Of a stretch of 64,000 nucleotides of DNA, positions 1 to 9,345 are shown in pieces. This stretch comes from Mytilus edulis (lineage: Eukaryota). Below the pieces are notes generated by a model. The model worked only from the letters and a program-made list of their open reading frames with translations. It searched no databases and was not told the DNA's origin. Location of the stretch: the NCBI RefSeq assembly GCF_963676685.1, contig NC_092351.1, positions 76,074,001-76,138,000 on the forward strand. Reading direction: 5' to 3'. Every line of letters starts with the position of its first letter. The first letter of the stretch is position 1. A program made the translations under genes and the position numbers.

Positions 1-2
1 AA

Positions 3-1211
3 TTGACAGCGCTTTTTGAAACACACAACCAAAAGAAACATATAATTTACGATCGACTTTTTTTCATCGATGCAACAAATCAGAGAGATGAAGAAATAGG
101 TATTCTTAAAGATGCTCTAGTTGAGATTGCATTCCAGCAACCAACATGGGGACAACGAATGCCAGTCGCATGGGTACCACTTGAATATCAAATTTCTGAG
201 CTGCGTAAGAAGGACATTTACCTTATCACAAAAGATATGATTCAAGAGTTAAATAAATCAAATGTTGAATTCATGCTTAGTGAGTTCCTTCTTGACCAGT
301 TTTTAAAACTGCAGCATTCTCTTGGGAAAATTATGTATTTTGATCAACCTGGTCTACAAAAGTTCATAGTTGTACAACCTACAGCAATGGTCAATATTTT
401 GCGGTCTTTCGTCACCGACGAAATGTTTTGGCCAAGGGAACTTGGACTGAGACGAATTCTTGAAACAATGGTTAATACGGGAACGGTTAATAGGAGACAA
501 CTTTTCGAACTGTGGTCACAACCACAATTTAAGGAAATGCTGCCTTCCATTGAACAGAAAGAATACATTGTTCAGGTTCTAGTTCATCTCGATATTCTCG
601 TTGAACCAAAACATGACGACAAATATGATCCAAAGGAAGAAACATATTTGGTGCCATGCCTTGTGAAAAGTGAAATACCAATGAAGTTCCTGAAGTTTGA
701 AGAACAAAAAACAATATGCTTAGCATATCAGTTGACGGAGAGCATTATTCCTTCGGCTTTGACCTTCAAACTGATAGGGGCAGCAGTCTCCACATGGCCA
801 CTTAAACAAATAGAGGGGCGCAATTGTCTTTTTCATCAATCAGCTATTCTTTGTGTGGACGAAGGAAACGAACTTCTTATTCACATCAAAGGTCAGAGGG
901 TGACATTATTTCTTAGTAACAAATATTCAAAACATTTTATACCCCCCGATGTAGCAGCCAGCATCCAAGAATGCTTTACGTTAGCATTGGAAAGAGTTCT
1001 ACTGTTTTATCATGACTGTTTTGGAAGGTTAACAGCAAATTTAAATGTGCTTAGCCTTTTTGAGATAGAGGTTGGAGAATGGTGCAATAACGATGTTTGT
1101 TTATTGCCACTACCCCAAGCAGAAAAATCTCAGTCATGGCGCTGCAAAAATAAACAAAAGCACGAAACCAGATATTGTTTAGACTGGGTTTTTAATAGAC
1201 AAAATGATAGA
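3..1211 (+). CDS. Roco protein large exon: end of ROC GTPase, COR domain, Cys-rich segment (5'-partial)
   Basis: Long ORF with FFIDAT..DEEI..LKD.L, then WGQRMPVAWVPLE (typical COR start), FLKLQHSLGKIMYF and YLVPCLV; donor AGA|GTAAGA at 1211/1212, phase 0. Confidence 0.82.
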
Positions 1212-1688
1212 GTAAGAATAATATTCATACAAATTATCAGAGTTCAGATTTTTTAAATAACTTTTTCTTATCAATTTGTTAAAATAAACGATAAACTTAA
1301 GGTCATTTATTTCAAATAATCGTCATAGGTCTCATAAACAATGTATTTGCAGAAAGAAGAAGAAAAAGGTTTTTATATGTCCATAGTTAAAAAGTATTTT
1401 TTTAGATTCAAGTAAAGAATCGAAAACATCAAACATGTGTTGTCTGATATTATCAAATAAAATGTTGTTAAACCATTCACATTTACACCAATGATAAACA
1501 AAAAAGTGCAACACCAACAAAATTAGGATACAATGACAGGTAAACAGATCTTCTGGATGGGAAATCCTAAAAGCATAACCAAATTAAACCGAAGGCAGAC
1601 CTATCAATTATTTACATTATAAAGAGAAATGACAAGTAGATAAGTTAGAGTTTATAAAACATTGCAAAAAAAACTACAATAACCTCAA

Positions 1689-1995
1689 CATAGGTACCAG
1701 GATTTAAATTTAGTATTTACACCAGACGCGCGTTTCGTCTACAACAGACTCATCAGTGACGCCCGAATCTTAAAAAAGTTTAAAACGCCAAATAAAGTAC
1801 GAGGTTGAAGAGCATTGAGGACCAAAATTCCTAAAAGTTTTGCAAAATACATCTTAGGTAATTTAATCTTGAGGTAGAAGTTTTTTTGAACAGTTAAATT
1901 ATGAATATGATCATATCAATGATAATCCATGTCAGCACCAGCAGTAACATCGACCCAGTGGTTGCAAATGAATTCATCATAGATACCAAAATTTA
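1689..1995 (-). mobile_element. Retrozyme-like or Penelope-derived repeat monomer (~300 nt) carrying a hammerhead ribozyme
   Basis: Short direct repeat catagRtacca at both ends and an internal hammerhead on the - strand. Confidence 0.65.
1720..1761 (-). ncRNA. Minimal type I hammerhead ribozyme
   Basis: - strand CGUCA-CUGAUGA-GUCU(GUUGU)AGAC-GAAA-CGCGCG-UC^UGGUG: intact core, stems I and II, palindromic stem III, GUC cleavage triplet. Confidence 0.85.
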
Positions 1996-2328
1996 AGTAT
2001 AAACTAGTTGAAATGTCTCGTTCAGTGAACTTGAAATTGATGAGAACAATACGAGATTATGCATACTATGATTAAAGCGCATCCGTTTTTATCTGTGACA
2101 CAGATACTTTCATAACGGTTTGAAAATTCTGATTGCATTCGTGAAAATTTTCAGCAATTACTTTGTCTTCAATACGAAATATTCTAAATATTACATATTG
2201 ATATTTGCTTATTTTTGTGAATTTTCGCATTTTCATATCCATACAATTTTTCTATGATTTGTAAACTTCAGATATAGCGTATCATTAGTGATTTCAATAT
2301 ATATATATATATATATTGTTCATTACAG

Positions 2329-2359
2329 CACATCAAATCATGCGATACGAAATGTATTG
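2329..2359 (+). CDS. Roco gene small linker exon (HIKSCDTKCI)
   Basis: cattacag|CAC...ATTG|gtaagt; 31 nt, phase 0 to 1. Confidence 0.7.
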
Positions 2360-2904
2360 GTAAGTGTTTTAATTATATAAATATATATCAATTATTGTTT
2401 GGAATAAAGAAAATAACGATGTTGTAAAATCTTGGAAGATTAACAATGAGACATATTTCAAGCAGAGACTAGATGACGTAGATGTTAGCAAATTTATGTC
2501 AACTGTGCATAATTCAACAAATGACCAAATCCTTACTAAATAACAGGCTGCAAAATGCAAACATGTACAAATCAAACAAGAAACAAATTAGTTAGCGACG
2601 GACAAAAAACTTAATTCCAGGCTCTCGACTTGGGATAGACACATACTGAATGTGGGGGTGTTGATCATGTTTGCAATCGCCAAAGCCTTCCCCTATCCCG
2701 GATCAGTGATTCAACAGCCCAAAATGAGAATACACTATTAAAATCAATTTACGAAGGGCTAGAAAAGTAAAAACGATACGATGAACGACTTTAAAATCAA
2801 AACGAAGACGCAAAGAACCGATATAAGAGTACTCGCAGGCTCTGATACCTTTATCTTGCATCATATGTCTCGTTGTCTTTCGCATTGTGTTATATGTTTT
2901 GCTG

Positions 2905-3125
2905 TTACAAAATGTTAGAAATTATTATAAATTAAGGAATGTATCTCCCTCATGCAAAGCTCTGATTCCTTTCACGGATTTGGCTATACTTTTTGGACCT
3001 TTTGGATTACAGCTCTTCATCTTTTATATAAGCTTTGGATTTCTAATAGTTTGGCCACGAGCATCACTGAAGAGACATGTATTGTCGAAATACGCATCTG
3101 GTGCAGGAAACTTGGTCCGTTAATG
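2905..3125 (+). mobile_element. Second retrozyme-like repeat family, partial copy
   Basis: Contains a hammerhead; a related decayed inverted copy lies at ~4670-4920. Confidence 0.55.
3061..3104 (+). ncRNA. Minimal type I hammerhead ribozyme (sense, Roco intron 2)
   Basis: GCAUCA-CUGAAGA-GACA(UGUAU)UGUC-GAAA-UACGCA-UC^UGGUGC. Confidence 0.8.
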
Positions 3126-3264
3126 TTATTATTGATGTTTTTTTTATATGATGTAACCTTGTGGGCTTTTTTATTGGTGTACTTAAAAGCTAAACTTGTA
3201 ATAAAAAAAACTTTTCATTATTGAAATCTGCATGTCGATCTCTTTGTGTCTACCTTTTTTTCAT

Positions 3265-3472
3265 ATTGTTGGATTACAGGTTAATTAACGTTTATCCTAC
3301 ACCTTTCCTGAGAGGCTGCGGTGGCCGAGTTATTAAAGTGTACGGAATTCGAACTCACAACATCAATAATGAGAGGCTTGTGATAAGTAGTTGGACTACT
3401 TTAATAACTCGGCCTCCGAAGCCTCTCAAAAAAGATGTAGGATAAACGTTAATTAACTTGTAACCCAACAAT
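3265..3472. mobile_element. Foldback or MITE-like element with ~75-bp inverted arms
   Basis: 3265-3339 is the near reverse complement of 3397-3472. Confidence 0.75.
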
Positions 3473-4085
3473 CAATTGTGTATCAATTATGTATCTAATA
3501 TGTACTCCGCTTTAATTATTGATTCAGTAAATTAAACTTTATAAAATCATATCTATTGATAAATTGATTTTGAATATAAAGGTTGTCGTGTATAACTGCC
3601 TGTTTTTGAACTTTGCAGATCTTAGTTAGACAATGTTTGGTTCATTTACTTTTTTACTGGAATTGGTCTTGGTTTTAAGTTTTATGTTGTATATAAATCT
3701 GTTGATTTTTTAATCAGTATATTTATTGCCCTTTATTTAAATATATTGGTTTTTGTGTTGATTTGTTTCTGTTGCATAAACATATATCTGACATCATTCT
3801 AAAAATATTTTCTACGCAAAAAAAGTTGAACCGATAAGTTTGTATACAATAAAAACATCCTTTTTGCAGTTCTTAAAGCAAAACCATCGTTATCAAACAT
3901 CAAAAGATGCTCTCAACAAGATTGTTTGCACTGTATTTGTCAGAACAAAATAGTCTTGTCTCTTCCTAAATTTTGAAGGAAAAATATATGCATTTAACTA
4001 AATCTTCTCTTTATATGATAAAATCAAAACAGATTCACAGATTGGTAGTTCATATCATCAAGTCATTTGAGATTGTATTTTATAG

Positions 4086-4358
4086 ACCTTGCTAAGAAAA
4101 CTTTAGACGTTGAACCAACTGACCAACACCTAGTGCGAATAGCTAAACAACTAGGTATCAATGTTTTACCAGTTCTTCATTTATCTTGGTATGACAAGTG
4201 ACGAATGGGAAGAGATTGAACATCGTTTTATGCAGAACGATATAATGTGCAGAAAATTAATGGCATTGTACAAGTGGAGGAAGAAAACTACACCACGCAG
4301 ACTACATGATTTGTTAGATGCTCTACATAATATAAATCGACCCCAATGTCCTTGTCAG
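4086..4358 (+). CDS. Death domain 1 exon, frameshifted near 4160-4164
   Basis: ttatag|AC...CAG|gtaaaa; reads LAKKTLDVEPTDQHLVRIAKQLGIN in one frame, then FYQFFIYLGMTSDEWEEIEH...LMALYKWR...LHDLLDAL in another. Confidence 0.75.
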
Positions 4359-4669
4359 GTAAAACTAATGATAATTTGAAAATCTGTTATACTTTAATTC
4401 TTTTTCATTATTAACAGTTTGTAATGCAATAGATATATGTCGGTAAAGTATTTATATAGAAAAAGGAATAGAAAGCAACCCTTCATACTTCCTTTTTACA
4501 AATTAATTTTTTTCGCATCAGAATAAGAATTCTTTTTGATAGCTATGGAAGCTCTTCATAAGACCTTTGTCAAATGATTTTTAAATAAATAAGAGTACAC
4601 AGGGATTATGATCAAGTTTCTTTCATACATAAATGATTTAGTAAATTTGCTGTCTGAAACTAAGATATT

Positions 4670-4920
4670 CAGCTCCTAATGTGCATTTCGACAATAAATG
4701 TTTCTTCAGTCATGTTCGCGCCAAAACATTTGAGAATCTAAACTCTAGTAACAGAGTGAAGAGCTCATAAACTAAAAGGATAATTAGTCAAAGCCTGGCC
4801 AGAACTTTGCATGAGGGAGATGTGTTCCTTAATTCAAGATAATTTCCTAAATTTTGTGACAGTTACTTTTAGTGTTATAATATCATGTCAGTACCAAAAT
4901 TAATATGGCTACTGGACTGG
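4670..4920 (-). repeat. Decayed retrozyme-like copy with mutated hammerhead
   Basis: - strand CUGAAGA-aaca(uuuau)uguc-GAAA-ugcaca-UU, similar to 3061-3104. Confidence 0.5.
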
Positions 4921-5040
4921 TCTAACAGGCCTTTAGCAAACGTATAAACCAAATGGCAGTCATAACATTAACAGTACCAATTTTCTTTTTAAACCCAACA
5001 TTGCTTAATGCAGGTGTAAGGCTGTTTGGGAAACGTTTTT

Positions 5041-5180
5041 TTACCCTAACTATTCTTAACCCTAAACCTTACCCTAAACCATAACCAAACCTAACACTAG
5101 CCCTAACCCTAAAACCGAACCCTAACCTAAAACATCCCCTAACACCTAACCATAACCATAAATGAACCTTAACTCTAAAG
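5041..5180. repeat. Degenerate telomere-like (CCCTAA/CCTAA)n tract
   Basis: Repeated taaccc, cctaac and ccataa units. Confidence 0.7.
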
Positions 5181-6258
5181 TATAGGAACCTTTAAAGTAA
5201 AAGAAGGCCCTATTTATTATCTAAATTATGTAATGCCCATGAAAACTGCTTTCTATTAAAATGAAGCGCTGACCTTGTTTTTGACAGTTATTGTTCCAGT
5301 TCAAAAGATAACAGTTCTTTCGAAAACTTGTAGTCCTACATTATTTTCACTCCAGGTTGCAATTCTGTAAAAGAAAAATGTAATTTCCCATAGGAACTCC
5401 CTTTGCGGCTAAAAATGTGTCGCTTTTACTATGAAGTTTTGTGAAAAATAGTATCCAAGAACGTAAACTTGTTATGCACTACTATTTATTCAAAAGACAA
5501 AATATAGGGCTGTAAGGCATATTTTGAACATGTATATGCCCTGAACTTCTAAGAGTTTAAACTTATACATGTGTTATACTAAAATTCTATACAACTCCTA
5601 TTTCCACTTTGGACCTCCAAAGAATTAAAATGTAGGCGCTACCATGTTTTTATACTGGTAACATTTCCAGGTTATGCCTTTATAAGATTAAACACATAGA
5701 TTACAACTGGGAACAGTACTTTAACAGATACGATATCTATTAGTATTTTATATCTCCCCAAAAGAGGCGTGGCTTGTGAAAAGCTAAATTTACAAAGTGC
5801 AACCTCCAAGTTCATCCGTCTTTGCTCTGATTCCAAAATGGCACGCTTATAGCTGAATATAAGAAATGCCAGTGTTTAAGGCTGGCCTGGTTTGACCCGT
5901 TTATGGGTGTAATACCTAACCTCCGATAATGTGGGCGTGAATGCACATTCGTCACTGCTGTCTGGCGTACTAAATTGTAATCCTGGTACCTTGGATAACT
6001 ATTTTAGACCAATATGCCAGATAAGTCATTAATTAATTATAATAATCTTGATTTTAGTGTTTTGAGATTATTAACGTATATATTGGGCTGATGTTTATTT
6101 CAAATAAACCATATCTAATAAAACATAATTTTTATATATTTCAAACGAATTGAACTTATTTATAAAAAAAATTATTCCTCGACTCGCTTGTATACCTATA
6201 TCAACCTAACAAAATATTGATTAGGTGTGACCTCAATATAGTATTTGCAATATTTCAG

Positions 6259-6286
6259 ATTGTCAGAGGGGACAGCAATGTGTGTG
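6259..6286 (+). CDS. Roco gene small linker exon (IVRGDSNVC)
   Basis: atttcag|ATT...TGTG|gtgagt; 28 nt, phase 0 to 1. Confidence 0.7.
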
Positions 6287-6405
6287 GTGAGTAAACCTTA
6301 AATACTATTAAAAACAAAGTATAAGTAGACAGGTACATACGTTTTACCATATATGTACATTTCAGCAGGAGAATAACTTAAACATACTAATAGGTATACT
6401 TTATA

Positions 6406-6558
6406 GATAATGATTAAGGTTTTTCTTGTCGAGGAACACCCCGAGGGGTGTCAGGATTGATCAGATGAAAATCCGACCGTAGGGAGGTCTTTCTGTCTGC
6501 AATATTGACACCTCGAGGTGTGTTCTACGACAAGAAAAACCTTAAAATATGCATTATC
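6406..6558. repeat. Long imperfect hairpin, part of an interspersed element
   Basis: ttaaggtttttcttgtcg...gtgtca pairs with tgacac...cgacaagaaaaaccttaa around a ccgtagg apex. Confidence 0.7.
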
Positions 6559-7527
6559 TGACTTATATACCGTCCAAATTTAATGAAAAATAATTTTTTA
6601 TAAAGATTTGTAAAATTTAATATCATATTTTACCGACCACACTAAAGTGGGATATTCCTTTCTAATGCGTTCAGGTTTTAATACGCTCTACAGCTCATTT
6701 AGAATGTGAAATAAAACTCACTAATTAATCAAGATATATAAACCTTAAAAATTATTATCCATACGCAATAAATAAAAATATTACTGTAACTGCATGAAGA
6801 AAGACACAAATTAATTGTTACCATCCTACGGTGTATGACAAATACAAGACAAATTGTAAGTAATATATTGTACCAACTTAGTTTATGGAAAAGGGGGAGG
6901 GAGTTTTGTTTTTTTTCTATTTGTAATGACATTTCTATCGTAGAATGGCTGTCGGAATATTGGTTATTTTTTTCAACAATTTTAATTGAATCGAATGAAA
7001 TATTCAGAAAGATTGTCTTTTGAAAATCAAATTTGTTAACAGATAATCAGGATATAACTATATACCCTCCACACCCGACCCTTTTGTGAGTAACGTGAAT
7101 GTTAGTCAATAAAATATAAGAATATCTTATTAGTTGATTATCTGATAGAGTAAAAGGTATACATAAATTTTAAAAAGTAAAGAACTGACACGAAGACGAA
7201 TATATATACATGTAGCTAGGTCACAGTAGGATTTCTATTCAGTGTGTATCGTCCTGAACATGCATGCAATATTTGTCTCTGGAAGTTAAGCAAATAATCA
7301 AATATCAATCAATCTATTCATTGTGAAATAAATAAATTTGATGTATTTACTGTCTTCTGATTGGTTAAAATTATTAGTTTTATTTTCAATGTTGTCAATT
7401 TTTATGGCGACACGCCCACTCTGACGTTGTGTATTCATACGCCAACATGTGTGTACGTTGTTATTGTTAATATAAATAAATTATATAATAAGCTCTTCGA
7501 GCTTTATTTGTGATAGAAATTTATTTA

Positions 7528-7686
7528 TAATGAATGGCAATAATTTATTTTGAATTTAATGAACCATAAAATTAATTTTTGACTCTTCACATTTTACATA
7601 ATCCGCTTCGCGGATTATTCAATGTGAAGAATCAAAAATTAATTTTATGGTTCAATAAATTCAAAATAAACAATAGCCATTCATTA
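7528..7686. repeat. Long near-perfect hairpin (~78-bp arms)
   Basis: taatgaatggc...ataatccgc TTC gcggattat...gccattcatta. Confidence 0.8.
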
Positions 7687-9055
7687 ATCAATTAAATTCT
7701 CAAAATTTTATACACGAATATGTTTAATCTGGCTTTTTATAAAAGTCTACATTAAAATTCATTTCACATATATGATAATGTTTCTGTATTGTAGCGATAA
7801 ATTAACAAAACTTCACGTTATTTGTTTCTAAAATTAAAATGCGGGCAATGACCATTTCTCTTACACCGATTGAACTTTAAAAAATAAATTCCCATATCGG
7901 CAACAAAAAACTATCAGACGAATATAATTTTGAAGTAAATTATAGATTGTATTTTTATCAAGGAAAATAATGACCTCACACAGTATCGTCCGGTATCGTC
8001 CGGGTTGATTCTGAAACAGAATAACCTATTGTTTTGAAAGAAAAATAACTCTATTTAGGTATATAATTATCAATAGGTAAAGCAAATTTAAATAAATATA
8101 TAAAAAGGGCGATTTGATCTACAACAATCTGATAAAAGATATAAAGTGAATGGACAACGGAATTGATATAAATCGGAACATTCGATTACATGGTTTTTGA
8201 ATACGGACAGAAATTTTAACGAATGATAGGTTTAGATGCTTTTGGTTTATATTCAATTACATGTCGAATTTGTTTTGAAATCACAAAGGTTGTGGAGATG
8301 TAGATCGTAACTAGAAATCTATAATGCGCTTTAGAGTCAATCCATTTAATAATTATCTCCCGGTTCCCAAACTATGGTTTTTTTTACATGAACGAAGGTT
8401 GTAATATTTTAATTCAAAATTGACTGTTTGTGGTAATACCTTTATTGTTTAGACAGATTTGCAGCTTTATACATGTTTATTGTAATGACTTCTCAGACTC
8501 TGTTTCTTTTACACCACGGAATAATCATACATAAAACATGTTTAAATGATAACTAATGCGGCTTTTTTTTTTACATCAACCTATGAGCCACTTATTTGGT
8601 ACTGAGTTTTCATAGATCAATTCTTTTGTAATATGATTATAAATAAATAGTATAATTGTACCAAAAATAAGTTTAAGATACTGTTATTTTACAATTTGTA
8701 CGTGTTCATACCATATTAAAATTTGACGAAACCAGAGCTGATAAAGTCAATTGTAAGTACCTGATATCATAACTTAATATAGCGTTATGTTTTATTAATT
8801 AGATTTTTTTTAACACATGTTTATTAGAAATATTATTTTTTTTACTATTTCTGGTTTCTCTAGATTTGATTAAACACGTAATTTCATACAATAATTACTT
8901 TATACAGCTTGCGTTTAATAATGCAGCGAAAATTTCATTTTTTGATAACATGTAAGCATTATAATACATACCTAGAAATAGTTTGATAAAATTGTTTCTT
9001 TTGATTCATATTAACAATACATTATATAAAAATAATCTGTATATATAAATCACAG

Positions 9056-9345
9056 GCATTGCTGAAGGTCGATTGCGATTAACCCCATCAGATGAAGTTT
9101 TAGAAGAATTGTCTCACCGCCTAGGAAACTGTGTTATTCAGCTCGGTATTGAACTAGGTATTAGCTTCAACAGTATTGAAGAAACCATGTACAGATTTCC
9201 AAAAGATATGTATGGTCAGCTTTATGACATACTGAATAAATGGAAATGCCAACGAAATGAGAAGCCAACAATTCATAGACTTATTATGGCACTTCAGCGA
9301 GTAGAGTGTGGAGGGCTTATTTTTCTGCAGGACCAATACAAATAG
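9056..9345 (+). CDS. Death domain 2, terminal exon
   Basis: cacag|GC, phase 1; PSDEVLEELSHRLGNCVIQLGIELG...IEETMY...QLYDILNKWK...PTIHRLIMALQRV fits the death-fold pattern; TAG ends at 9345. Confidence 0.85.

Larger units (their letters stand above)
1..9345 (+). other. Roco-family gene (ROC end, COR, Cys-rich linker, two death domains), 5'-incomplete, 5 exons in window; possibly frameshifted allele or pseudogene
   Basis: Exons 3-1211, 2329-2359, 4086-4358, 6259-6286, 9056-9345 have canonical AG/GT ends and matching phases, except for an internal frameshift in exon 3. Confidence 0.8.

Noticed and set aside
1212-1256. C-terminal tail and stop of ORF 3-1256
   Set aside because: Read-through into the intron past the GTAAGA donor at 1212.
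3310-3400. tRNA gene
   Set aside because: A-box-like and B-box-like motifs are in opposite orientations and I see no cloverleaf.
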